Source of the DNA: Lingula anatina
Taxonomy: Eukaryota; Animalia; Brachiopoda
Reading direction: 5' to 3'
Length of the DNA stretch: 64,000 nt
Assembly: GCA_051362555.1 (NCBI GenBank)
Contig: CM120644.1
Span: 19,676,534 to 19,740,533 of the forward strand
Numbering within the stretch: the first letter of the stretch is position 1; every line of letters starts with the position of its first letter. Of this stretch, positions 13,301 to 24,523 are shown in pieces. Both the position numbers and the translations under genes were made by a program. The notes beneath the pieces are model-generated. The model searched no databases. It was not told where the DNA came from and saw nothing but the letters and a program-made list of their open reading frames with translations.

Positions 13301-14203
13301 AATATTGCTCTTGAACCTCTGTGGTATAATAGAAAAGTAAAATTGGGTGGGGTATCAATATTGGACAAAGAATGGTACAATAAGGGTATAAGAATAATTG
13401 GCGATCTTTTCAACGAAGGAAAATTTTTAACCAAAGCTGAACTGGAAAGGAAATTTGGATTTCAAAGAGTATGTGATCTAAAATATTTTGGAATACGTAA
13501 CAGTTTAAAATGTAGGCTAAAAGAAAAGAACAATGAAGAAATTTTTGAAGATATTTTATTTCCTTATGTTCCTCAGCCGGTTCAGCTACTTATAAAGAGT
13601 CGAAATGGGTGTAAAGATTTCTATCAGGTTCTCATGAGTGAAGCTCCTGAAAACTTGGTACACGAAAGGAAATGGAACCTAGATCTAAATATAAATATCA
13701 CTTGGAAGTATGTTTACGAGAATTGTTTCTATGTTACACGAGAAACAAAACTTCAATGGTTCCAATACAGAATAATTTTTAGAATCTTACCAGTTAGGTC
13801 ATACCTGAAAAGAATCGGTATTGAGGTGTCAGAGAAATGCTTTATCTGTGGAGCGGAGAGGGAAGATTTGCGACATGTATTTTTAAATTGCTATCGAATA
13901 AGAAACATTTGGACTGAAATGGAACGCTTGATTGCTAACAAAACTGATGAAAGAATTACACTCTATGATGAAAATATACTTTTTGGAGTATCCAAAACAA
14001 ATTTCAAGCCTCTAAATTACATTATTCTTGTCTCCAAATTTTATATATATACTTGTTTTAAAAGAAAAATGCAGCCGACCTTCCCTTCCCTTCTCTTATA
14101 TATCAAAACAAAATTCGAATTAGAAAAATATGTTTCTCAAAAAAATCTTCAATTAGGCCATTTTCTTACAGAGTGGAGAACCTGGGATTCTATTTTTGAC
14201 TAG
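10370..14203 (+). CDS. LINE ORF2p: APE endonuclease, reverse transcriptase and C-terminal Zn knuckle
   Basis: APE motifs SINCQGL, CLQDTH, NIYGPN, GDFN, RLDFF and SDHSPV. RT motifs KSPGSDG, WRPITLLN, IDFEKAFDSV, GCRQGDPLSP and QYADD. Zn knuckle CFICG...HVFLNC. No stops in 1277 aa; the true start may be ATG 10406. Confidence 0.97.
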   Translation: MFTNRVFFLPLSMNSIKIASINCQGLRDSTKRRDIFHFYRSKKYHIVCLQDTHFDSHEEKRILSEWGYKAYFNFFSTNSRGVAILINNNFEFEYLKEFKTNDGNLLALDVNIEKNRFTLINIYGPNRDTPDFYEQVRDIIIDFNNENFLICGDFNLTLNPDIDTENYANVNNPRARQKLLEVMNDLNIIDYFRLLYPDERRFTWRRRNPRRQARLDFFLIADNLQNSVSNISIKASYRSDHSPVILELKLNKFIKGKGTWVFNSSLLKDEEYVSKVKDIIKRTKVQYAVPVYAEENITEIPNEQISFTIDDSLFLEMLLMEIRGMTISHSSFKKKQRDRQELELEREIYVMEMNHPNENSLDELEAKREALKNIRQEKLKGVLVRAKCRWIEEGEKPTKYFCSLESRNYVNKTIQNLELPDGTTIFDQKLILNEAKLFYERLYSSKTNQLEEVDLELFFANLDVPKLSEPDKEYLQTEITSKELLRVLKKMKNNKSPGSDGFTAEFYKFFWNDLHSFIIRAVNEIFINEKMMASQNLGIITCIPKADKIRKFIKNWRPITLLNVIYKMISGCIAERMKLYLDKIISNSQSGFIAGRYIGENTRLIYDLMHIAEKKNIPALLILIDFEKAFDSVDWGFIDKVLDFFNFGETIKRWFYILNYDSKASVTQNGHLSEPFKISRGCRQGDPLSPYIFLLCAEILAIMIKNNKDICGIKLGDTEFKIIQYADDTTLILDGNRSSFLESFRTLDYFSKISGLHINNSKTKPVWIGSRKYSREVFHHVRWKLDWGSTQFNLLGIEFSVNLNDMVTLNFDKQIPKIEGMIRHWNRRILTPIGRITILKTLIIPMLNHLFISLPNPDPVFIKKLSSIFFQFIWGSKIDKVKRGQIVKDYEYGGLKMTDLSKFITALKCTWIRRLYLKNNVYNTILQSTFDLQSIWNIFDYGNDYLDILLRNCNNRFWKDVIISWKDLTYGIEDMNSNIALEPLWYNRKVKLGGVSILDKEWYNKGIRIIGDLFNEGKFLTKAELERKFGFQRVCDLKYFGIRNSLKCRLKEKNNEEIFEDILFPYVPQPVQLLIKSRNGCKDFYQVLMSEAPENLVHERKWNLDLNINITWKYVYENCFYVTRETKLQWFQYRIIFRILPVRSYLKRIGIEVSEKCFICGAEREDLRHVFLNCYRIRNIWTEMERLIANKTDERITLYDENILFGVSKTNFKPLNYIILVSKFYIYTCFKRKMQPTFPSLLLYIKTKFELEKYVSQKNLQLGHFLTEWRTWDSIFD

Positions 14204-16784
14204 TTTCTCCACTTATAAATTTACTTTACTTTTTCGCTAATTTCTTATGTGAAATGTAAAATGTTGGTATCTTGTTATGTGCAGCATCACTTGTAATATA
14301 CCGTTTCGTACGTAGTCCGGCTATCTACATGTTTACTTAATGTATAATGAATGTCTTGTGTGTGTTATTGTGTGTGTGTGTGTTAGTGTGTGTGTCTACA
14401 GATGTATTTTTGTTTGTCTTTTTGTGAATAAAAAAAAAAAAAAAAAAAAAAAAAACCATGGCTCTAATCGTACTCAGCTTTTGCGTTTTGTTTTTATTTG
14501 CGACGACAAATGCAACTCAAAAGAAATAAGCTTATGTTTCCCCATGTTGTAGTGAGTGGTGACATCCAAATACGTTTATTGCAATCGCTAAAGTAATAAA
14601 CAATCGTTCATAGAAACCTGCACACATGCGCAGTAAGATCTGTACAGGTGTTGATTCTGGTAAGTTATTCGAATCGCTGAAGAAAAAATTTTGAAAATCA
14701 GGTTAACAAAAATCCTCATGCGTTCAGACTAATACAGTTATTCAAATGGGGATGTAATTTGCTATTTATTCGAATAAATGACTGTAGTGTGAACGGGGTA
14801 TAATACAGATTTATGAGACCAAAGATTTTTGAGCGTAAAATTCTTGATGATCATTCCACAGATGAGGCAAAGCTTGGGTGGGAATATACATGTATCTCAC
14901 ACAAAGCAGAATAGATGTTGGTAGTTATGAAGAAACTTTATTATGAAGTGAGATATCAAACCCATACAAAATATTTGTTTTTGTGACACAGCTCAGTCAG
15001 TGTAACAGTGGAGTTGATATGAAGATTCCAGATCAAAATCTAAAATAGCACTTTACAGTTGGTTTTGATACATTATCCTAAAAATATATCTTTTGATTTA
15101 AAGATACTAGTGAAAGAGTATTTCTGTTTTTGAGTACATGCATGCCAATATTATGTTTGTTCTTCATTATTTCACTTTAATAAAGGATGTTTTTCAGGGA
15201 AAAAAAATGTGTGTTAAATTGTTGCTCTTTTTCTCTGATCTTTTTCTTTTCACTTAAATTTTAAGAGAGAAAACTAAAAAAAAAATTGTGAAAAAATGGA
15301 ATGATATTAACAAGTAGATTTTCCAATTTACAATATGCAAGTATATAAATTTTGATTACCTCCAAATTAATGTATTATGCTTTCTTTTATGAAATGCTTT
15401 GCTGAAAGATTGTATAATTAAATAGTATTTTTGATGATAACAGACAACTGCACATGCTTTTCATTTAAATTTCTGCTGTGTCTGCTCTAATCAGTTTACC
15501 TCAAATGATATCCAAAACTTTTAAATATTATACTTATTTCATCATTTTTTATTTCCTAGTGTGAGAATCCCTCTTTTCCTTTTAATAAATCTTTATATTT
15601 TTTTTTCAAATTCGCCTGCAGTACCTTTGAATGACCCCAAACTGTCACTTGCTAAACGTCTTTCCATTTACCAAACAATCAAACTAGATCAGAATTTCTG
15701 CAACATTTTTTCATCATTTGTCAAGTTTTTCTATTCATTCTTTGCTGAATTTTCTCACTTAAAAAAATCTAAAAGCTTTTCCTTAAAATTTCCACTGTAA
15801 CTTCACTAACAAGCATTTATTTCAGACACAAGTAAAATATTCTATCAGTGTTTGGCCATTTCTGCTCATTTTCATTTACTTCCTTTTTTTTTTTTTTTTT
15901 GTTTTTGTACTTTTCGGTACGTCATGCTGATTGCCACATAGGTCAAGGCCAGGTTTACCAATTAGGGAGGAGGGTCGATCCCCAAAGTGCAATTTTGGTT
16001 GATTTTTTTTTTCTGGGAAATGCTTTCCTGGTATTTTCGGCGTCCCCCCCCCCCTCTTTTTTTCCTACTGTTTTCGTATTTTTCTGTGCTCAAAGGTAAC
16101 ATGGCTGTTAACAAACCTTTTTTACATTTTATTTGTCTAAAGAACATCAATAAAGGAATTTAAATGCACTTCTCTTGGCACTTTAGTTCTAAGTACAAGA
16201 TCATTCTTTATAAATGCAGAATCAAGTTGATTATTAATATCTACCGGGGCTCTCGTCCAAAAGCCCTACTCAGCCTTCCAGCTGTTACAAAATTCATCCG
16301 AAGGGCGATTCGAGCAATGATTTATAATGAGAAGGAAATTGTTTTATTTTTTGGAGGAAATTACATTTGGTAGCTTCAAATCTATATTATTTTTATCAAA
16401 TAAAAAATTTGAACATAGCTCAGATGATCAAGATCATCACTATTTGAAATCTCTGATGTGAACATGACTTCCGGACAACCTTATATTACTACAGGCAATC
16501 TAATTTGCATATAAGAGAAAAATTCATTCTTTTTCTGTTTTTGAGATGTATACAGTTTTTCTTTCATTTTCGTAAATAGCAAGTCCCACTACACTCATAA
16601 ATTCCAATCATTTGATCGACATGCCCTGTTCATTAATTCATTTATATAAATTATAAACCTTCATATCACAGGCGTGAATCACGTTATCACGTCCAAGTCA
16701 TAACATTGTTAAACTAGCGCCAATAACTGCAGTGGAGAATGTAGGTCAATTGCCTGTACAATTCTCCCATAGCATTATTGATTT

Positions 16785-17830
16785 TTTTCCGGTGTGGAAC
16801 ATTTTAGGGAGAGGCGGACGATAGAGAGAGGTATCGATTGAACCGCAAAATAAAAAGAGAGCGTGGAGCTGTTATAATCAGAGTCTATTATGCTTTTTGA
16901 GAAGAGTGTAAAAATAGCCCACTTTTCCAGTTTCACTGTGTAGCACTTTGCAGATAACAAAATAATTCTCTATGCCATCTGTCTCTCCCTAACAATTTGT
17001 TGATCATGTTAACTGTTCAACTCCCGGCAGAAGATGCACCTGCCAACGATAGTTTTGATACACAGGTGTAGGAGCCGCACCCTGAACTTCAGATCTTAAT
17101 AGCAATTAACCCTTGCCGTTTCAAGTAACTGGAAACGACAGGGGTATGCCATAGTGTAGATGTTTATTTCAAGTTATCTCTGAAGCTCAGGGTGAGGAGC
17201 CGGGATAGGGCGAGAGGGGAGGAGGAGGGGGGGGCTTAACCCTTTCACAACCAACTGCGTCACCCCTGAGCAGGGGGGCGAATGCGTTCCCTCAGCACTA
17301 ACCAGTCAATTTATTTAAGAATCATTCACTGTTATTATGTATTTTCAAACTTTAATTAGGGCATATTTGTAACCCATGAAAGCCACTTTTTATTTACCCG
17401 AAAATGAAAAATTGAAAATATTAAAATATAATTTAGTTGTTAGCTATAAAAAACATTTTTGAATTATTCTGGCGTGGAACATTTGCTGGGAGATCGACGA
17501 GAGAGAGGTAATAATTTAACAGAAAATTATAAAGACAGCGTACAGCTGTTGTATTCAGAATCTATTAAAATCTTTTAGAAAAGTGTAAAAATAGCCCACA
17601 CTTCCACTTTGACCGTGTAGCACTTTGCAGACAACTTGACACCTCTCTATGCCATCTGACTCTCCCTAAAATTTGTTGACCACATTTACTGTTCAACTGC
17701 CGGCAGTTCTAAGATGAACAAGCCAACAATAGTTTTGATACACAGGCGTCGGAGCGGGATATGTGTGTGTGTGGGTGGGTGGGGGGGGAGGGGGGGGCAC
17801 ATCACGTGTGTTCCCTCGGCATCACAGCCT
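16785..17830. repeat. Diverged direct duplication (copies ~16785-17305 and ~17465-17830)
   Basis: Shared blocks GTGGAACATTT, GTGTAAAAATAGCCCAC, GTGTAGCACTTTGCAGA, CTCTATGCCATCTG and ATAGTTTTGATACACAGG occur in the same order in both copies. Confidence 0.85.
17078..17194. mobile_element. 117-bp MITE with 8-bp TSD
   Basis: TIR CACCCTGAACTTCAGA / TCTGAAGCTCAGGGTG (1 mismatch). AGGAGCCG is duplicated on both sides. Internal hairpin at 17109-17145. Absent from the paralogous copy at ~17750. Confidence 0.85.
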
Positions 17831-17903
17831 TAATGAAGACAGTGATAGCAGCACTATTTCTACCCTGGTCCGGCAACCCTCACTTTTTAATAGGCTTATT
17901 TAA

Positions 17904-17904
<1 letters not shown>

Positions 17905-17936
<32 letters not shown>

Positions 17937-18061
17937 AACGCTATTTGGGATTTTCTTTCCTTGATCGACCTGTAAATACCGTGCAAGACAGTGGCTCATT
18001 GATATACTGGTATTGGACGATAACATTGCGACTGAGTTGCGATGGATTTTTCTGTTAGATA

Positions 18062-18096
<35 letters not shown>

Positions 18097-18097
18097 A
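17905..18097. repeat. (ATT)n and (AAAT)n microsatellites
   Basis: (ATT)n at ~17905-17934 and (AAAT)n at ~18061-18097. Confidence 0.9.
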
Positions 18098-19587
18098 CGG
18101 GTGGAGGGGGTGACAGCAAAATTATGTTAATGTAGTAAGGATTCGCTTGACTGGTGTCTCAGCCTTCTGATAAAAGCGGCTGTGCTAATACATTGATTTT
18201 ATTTGTGCGTGAAACTAGTGATTGAAAGAATACATAATATATAATTTTCAGTTGATTAGCAGTAATACCCGTATAATATATAAGTATAATTTTATTTATT
18301 TTTATTTCCAATTGCATATGTTCACGCATCCAGCTCTAAAGACAATCGTGACTGGAAAAAGTGACGGGAGTAAGCCCCCCCCCCCCCTTTCATCCACCCA
18401 ACCTCACTCCTTCAGCACTATCGTATGATTCATAGAAACTAGAAACTTTTTTTTTAATAAGTTAATTGTCTTACTCATTGTGATTGTTTAATAGCATATT
18501 CACAAAAATTATAATTATATTGTCATTTTCATCCAACCAGATGGATGCATATGTTACAGTGAAATAAACTAAACTAAACATATCCTGCGATTCACAACAG
18601 GTAACAGTTAACGCGGTCTGCAACATTTCAGGGAGAGGGAGACGAATTATAAACATGAAATTCTACGATGGTGTCTGCAAAGTTTTAAGTCACAAACCTG
18701 AAGAAGTTGATTAGTTTTTCACTCTTTAAATATTTTTAATAATCTCTGATTTTAAGTGATTTCAAGAGTCCCAGATATTTTGATGGCATCTTGATAATTT
18801 TCTCTCGCGTGCTTCCCCCCCCCCCCCCCCCCCAAAAAAAAAAAAACTGTCCATACACAAAAATCGATAATCGTATGGGATTTTTATACAGGCAATTGAC
18901 CCACTTTGAACAAGTACAGTTATAGGCGCTTTTTAACAATTTTATGACTTGGGCGTGGAGACTTGATTCACGTCTGTGATAGGAAATTCTTTATAATGAT
19001 ATGATTAATAAATGGAACGTATCTACCAAATCTTTCAAAGTTTTTTTTTTTTTTTTTTTTTGCATAAAAGGGCATTGCTTTTGAAATGATTATGGAAAAT
19101 GTGTACACAACTCAAATCCAAGAAAAAACTGTATTTTTCTCTTATATGCAAATTAGATTGCCTTGAGTAATAAACTGGCTGCAAGTGATGTTCATCTCCA
19201 GACGAGGCCGGTGCAAGCACAACTAAATGACGCTTCACACGAAGTTGTCAGCGGGAGGGAAAACAAACATTAGTATTTTGGGAATTTTCAAGAAAGAGAT
19301 ACAAAAAAATCAGAATCACCGGAAATATGAAAAAGTTATTCTTAGTGGATTTAAATGTTGAACAGATAAACACTTTTATTCAAGATCTGCATGTAGTCTC
19401 TGTAAAAGCAGAAAACTGAAAATGATTCGAGTTTTTTTTTATTAGAAAACTATTGAATGGAACGCAAACTAAACCATAGAAAATGTCTGGTTGAAATTAT
19501 TTTCCTATTTTCAAATGTACATTCACAAATGAAAACGAATAAAATCCAGTAAAACATACATGTGTTTGCACTGACCCAGACCCTAGC

Positions 19588-19799
19588 CAGTGGCAGATTT
19601 CTGGTCCCCTCTTGAAATTAGAATGTTGACTAGCTGAATCATAGTTCTAAACCATACCAAATGGCACCTTTCGCCCTCTTAAACACTAAAAATTTTCGGG
19701 GCTCTTCATCGCGCCCCGAACCCCACGCCAAGTTGGGGGATGGGGGGTCGGCTTCGCATCCGCGGACCTCCCTTTCAGATAATTCTGGATCCGCCCCTG
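19588..19799. mobile_element. hAT-like MITE (CAGTGGC...GCCCCTG)
   Basis: Termini CAGTGGCAGAT / ATCCGCCCCTG; flanks CTAGC / GTAGC (4 of 5 match). Confidence 0.65.
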
Positions 19800-19828
19800 G
19801 TAGCCAACTGATTTCCAATTTATTGGCA

Positions 19829-19998
19829 TAGGGGCGGATCCAGAGATTTTTTTTCTGACAGTCTTCTAAATTATCTTTGTTGATGCATCCTCATTTTTTG
19901 ACCGTCTTCCGACAGAAAAAATTAGATACCCGTCAATGTTAACTCGAAAATCTGACCGTCTTCCGGAAAACCCAGAAGACGGCCTCAATCTACCCCTG
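19829..19998 (-). mobile_element. hAT-like MITE, same family as 42610-42777
   Basis: Inverted homologue of 42610-42777 (TGACCGTCTTCCG twice, GGGGCGGAT termini). Confidence 0.8.
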
Positions 19999-20095
19999 CA
20001 TTCTGCACCCGAAACAAATTTTCTCAATTCAGGACTTTTATTTAAAAAGAAATGATTTATTGTATGAATTGAATGACTTCGTTATCTTTAAGTAA

Positions 20096-20213
20096 GGCCA
20101 CACTTTTTTATTTTTATGGATGACATCCTGCGCGCGCACCGATTTTCGTCCGTTCTCAAAAAAAAAAAAAAAAAAAAAATCCCCCCCCAAAACCCCCCCT
20201 AAACCCCCCCCCC

Positions 20214-20246
<33 letters not shown>

Positions 20247-21220
20247 GGAAGGCGGTTGTCGCAAACATCGTTATTGAATTTGCCGGAAAATGCAATCGGC
20301 AATTCTCGGCTAATTCTGCAAGCTCCATACTGTCATTGACGACTGCGGAGACATCCGAGTAGTTCCGAGTGCGGAAAATGAGCTTTCTGCGCATGCGTAT
20401 TATCACCACGTGGAAATATGGCCGTTTTGCCGTCAACTTCATCTCTAGCATTAATTTCAAAATACACGACAATTAAAGTCATAAAGAAAACGGGGGCCGT
20501 CGTTTTGGATTGGTTTGCCATTGATACTGGACATGAAGATATCACCCTTTTACAATTATACGAAAGGCTGGCCGCGGCCAGCGATCATCGCCCGGAAAAT
20601 TTCAGTGACGTTCTGTCCAAAGCAGCACATACAAGGTTTTTTTTGTAGCGAAAAAAGGGTCGACAAGAGCGTCGTGGTATTTGGTGGACTGAAGGTCGGA
20701 CAGGCCACCCGATAGTTGGCTGGTACGTGTGAGTCGAAGTAGACAAAATGGCATCGACCGAAATTACCTTAGTAGTAGGAAGCATAGGCCTATCTTTGCT
20801 TCATTTTTTAAACAATTCTATGAAGTGTTTACAATGCTTTAATTTTCTGAGAGTACAAATAAAGACACGCTGTTTATTTGATATTTGTTTTATTGATTGC
20901 TATACCAACAGAATGCATGAAATAACCTTAAATAGATTTGGTAATATGCAGCACATATATTCATGACTTTTTACCTTTCTACGAAGTAGGCCCTATTCAC
21001 AATGCTTTAATATTTTGGTAGCATGGATAAAGACATGTTGTTAGTTTGATACGTGTTTCTGTGGTAAATTAGTGTTTCCAGCTGTGTACTGAAAACATAA
21101 CTTTTCTTAAGCAGTTTTTTTTTTTTTTTTTTTTGACTGTTTTTTTTTTTTTTTTCGCCCGCTCGCACCGACTTTGGGGTCCCCAGAGGATGTCATCCAT
21201 AAAAATAAAAAAGTGTGGCC
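20096..21220 (+). mobile_element. Non-autonomous PIF/Harbinger-type element, copy 1
   Basis: ~33-bp TIR GGCCACACTTTTTTATTTTTATGGATGACATCCT; TAA on both flanks (20093-20095, 21221-21223). A second copy lies inverted at 58283-59264. Confidence 0.85.
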
Positions 21221-21547
21221 TAAAAACTACTCACGAACTAAGAAAGACATGTCCTTTGAAATTCCTCCTTCCCCCGCCCCCTCTTTCTACTGCTACCATT
21301 CAAACAAACCGCTTTCAGCTCTTTGTGTGTAGTGAGCGTCACAAGTTTTCACTTATTAAAATACAACATAATGTAAATAACATGTTTTAAAATATGGGAG
21401 AGCAAAAATAATACGGATCATACTACTACAGTTACTGACAAGGCAACCAGATGATGTCGCTTGTTGAGTGGATTGTTCCTTGTTATCAGCAATTTTTGCT
21501 TGTTTCTTTGCCAGAGATAAAAAAAATTAAACGAGTTAAAAAACTAT

Positions 21548-21618
21548 TGCATCGGCCGGGAATCGAACACGGGCCGCCCGCGTGGCAGGCGAGCATTCTA
21601 CCACTGAACCACCGATGC
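21548..21618 (-). tRNA. trnG-GCC: tRNA-Gly (GCC), one T-stem mismatch
   Basis: The reverse complement GCATCGGTGGTTCAGTGGTAGAATGCTCGCCTGCCACGCGGGCGGCCCGTGTTCGATTCCCGGCCGATGCA folds as a cloverleaf with A and B boxes. A T6 Pol III terminator follows a few nt downstream. Confidence 0.93.
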
Positions 21619-23211
21619 TTGATACCTTATTCCCACCCCCCCTCATCCCGCCTCTCCCCCCATCCCCTTTAAACCGCGGTGTTCAACGGTTGTCAAAGCC
21701 TGGGTCCGGTTGGGCAACACTTTAAAGATATCACAAGATATTAAAAACTGAGCAACCAATGTTTCTTTTATTTTAAATATCAATAAACATATTTATTTCC
21801 GTGGAATGCAGTGATTTACATAATCACAGTTAGTCCTATCTCTGCCATGGCCACTCATAGATGTGCGTGATGACAATCATTACTGACACAGGTATTCGTT
21901 TTACGCGTTCAGTGTATTTTGAACACGGAACATATATAACATACCTCCTTTAAACAAAAGATGTCCTAAGAGGCATAGTTTTTTATTATTATTTTATTTT
22001 AATTTTTGAAACTACTGCCGACTTTTCCAACACTGTCCCTATGGCGCAATTATTAATTTCTTAATTTGTGTTATTTAAAGGTTATTTAAACGAATCATTG
22101 CTCGGCCCGTCCTTGTATTAAGATTCCATGTTTAATCTAAACCTTGATATTATAATTTACTTCTAAATGAATGGCCAACATTGGCCAACAATTTACAACA
22201 ACACTTTCCTGGCTAGTAGGCCTACATGTACATGTACAAGGTCTACATCCACAAATCACATACTGTACCGGGCACGGCTTCGTTTCCTTGTATAAGTCAT
22301 AAGAAATTGGCACGTTTTTATTCTTATTTATTGATTTATTCATTCTTTTTATTAATATTTTTCTGACTTGACCTTGCATGGCGTCAAATACAAACGATTT
22401 TATTTCTGGCTTCAAGATGTGAGATGTCACGGCTACCTCCATGACTGAGAAGTTTAGAGGAATCCACTTGCAATCCATGAAAGTAAGGCTGGATTCCCAT
22501 CCCTAGATCAATCTAACAGGATCGGTTCATGTCCACGGGGTTTCTCGCTAAATTCCTTTCAGCTTAAGTGGCTTAGATGTCTGAGACGCCTACTGAAGCT
22601 GCTAAACGATAGTTAATGAATTAATCAGCTTCAGTGGGCGTGACAGACATCTAATTAAGCCGCTTAAGTTAATTGCAATTAAGCGAGAATCCCCTTGGAG
22701 ATAGTTCGATCCAAAGTTAGTACGATAGGGCCTGGTAATGGTCTCTAAGGTACGGGTATTAATAATTTCTATCTTCATTATGTGTATTGTACAAGCTTTT
22801 GCCACCCACCCACTTTCCGGTAGCTTAATGTCCTCAGCCACTTTGGAGAAGGGATTATAAATAGGCTATATCAGGGACAGAATTCATGCAGGCCAGAGAT
22901 CGCCAAGTCATGTTGAAGTAAACGGTTTCCTTTTTTAGGGTTTTAGGAGCTTTACCCCGGCAGTTGATCCTTTGAAGTTGTCACTGCGGCGCATTTTTAG
23001 AATAAAGAAATAAAAAAATATAAGATATAATAATTTGTTCCTTATTACCTGCTCTTTAGGGCCTACAAGAGGTCACCTAATTTGTTATGTTCTTAATTTT
23101 TCGAAAATTTCATTTGCTCTCAGTCTTTCAAATATCTGTGTTATTTTACATGTAACATATAGCGGCCAGGGTGGTTTCTTTGCGGAGTGTTTACGGTGGT
23201 TGTTCACCCCT

Positions 23212-23261
<50 letters not shown>

Positions 23262-24058
23262 ATCTTCAAACAGGGCTTGGCAAAATTAATAAATAACGAT
23301 GCAGTTCTTAAAAAAAAAAAAAAGATATGCATAAATGAGCTCCAACGAAGCAGAAGCACGAAAGACCGCTGAAAGGCAAGTGCAAGGTAAAACACAATCA
23401 CGGTTGAGACACCGAGGCGTCCTTGGTTAACCTCGCGTCAGGTCCGATAATTTACGAGATTCAAAACGTGAATGGAGCCTCTCGTGCTTGTTTTCTGCTC
23501 AACCAGTTAGTTTGCCAGCCGTGCCTGGTATGGGGTCCTGGGTTATGGTAGATGATAGGAAAGAACGTACGTCAAAAACTTGGGTGTAGACGACAGTAGT
23601 CTAATGTAAGTTTACGCACTATCACTGTGTTTTCTCTACACTTAGCCTAGGCCTAGATCAGTGACAGCAGAATGTAGCCTTGTAAGTTACAGGGCGTGTC
23701 TACAGTCACGGCTTACCACGTGGGTGCGTTGAATTTGGTTATCTGTTCCTTTTCTGTCGTGATTACATATAATATTTTTATGCCTTTATGTGCCTGATTG
23801 TGGCAATATTGCTGTCTTGACAAATAAGATTACATCGTTAATGTTTTTAATTATTTTAGTAAATTGAAATTTTTATAAATGTAAGTTCAATAGAAAAATC
23901 TGTATTCTTTGCACTAGTATATTTATTATATACTAGTATATAACTTCTACAAGTTACAACAGGGCCCCGTATCTCAAAAGCTTTGCTTATGGCGAGCAGG
24001 CGCAAGCATGGCAATTCCGCGCTATCGCATATCTAGCAAGCCTCGCAAATTGCGACCG

Positions 24059-24523
24059 CAGGGCCGTAGCCTCCGGGGGGGCAGGGGGGGCAGCTGCCCC
24101 CCCCCCTGGGATTTGAGGTGCAAAAAAAAATAATCGCAAAGGTAAAACAAAATAATTGCGAATTTGGTATCAATTCTGTGAGGAAATGCACTCATGGCCA
24201 CTAGACAATCATTCAACAATCTGTTTACAAAGGTGTACTGTTTTTAGCCAACTCAGTTCATGCCAAAAAGCTCACCCTCCCTTAGGGAGCTATCCCCTAA
24301 GCTGTACTTATGACAAAATGAACCCACAATTTCTGACTTCTGATTGAGCAATAAATAGCAGTTAAAATGCACCAGAATGCAGTATTATACGCACAGTTTT
24401 TTAAAACTTTTCCACACCGTTGGAGGGGGAGACCCCCTCCCACACCCTCCCCCCTCGAGGGCTTCACCCCCTCTCGTGTCCGCTTACTGCCCCCCCTGGC
24501 ATTTTGCTCAGGCTACGGCCCTG
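24059..24523. mobile_element. hAT-like MITE with exact 5-bp TSD
   Basis: TIR CAGGGCCGTAGCC / GGCTACGGCCCTG; GACCG on both sides. Confidence 0.85.

Larger units (their letters stand above)
8796..14455 (+). mobile_element. Full-length intact L1/Tx1-clade non-LTR retrotransposon
   Basis: 12-bp TSD CCATGGCTCTAA at 8784-8795 and 14456-14467. YY1-type CAAGATGGCGG near the 5' end, two intact ORFs, a ~570-bp spacer, and a 3' UTR with AATAAA running into a poly(A) tail ending at 14455. Confidence 0.97.

Noticed and set aside
12739-13434. Antisense ORFs within LINE ORF2
   Set aside because: Shadow ORFs of a long coding frame.
14458-14529. Signal-peptide-like ORF MALIVLSFCVLFLFATTNATQKK* starting inside the TSD
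   Set aside because: It stops after 23 codons with no GT donor; the hydrophobicity is explained by the T-rich hairpin arm.
8741-14575. LINE target as 7SK, Y or vault RNA
   Set aside because: GGAT...ACATCCAAAT echoes 7SK, but the GATC motifs, 3' hairpin and expected length are missing. No Y or vault consensus is present.
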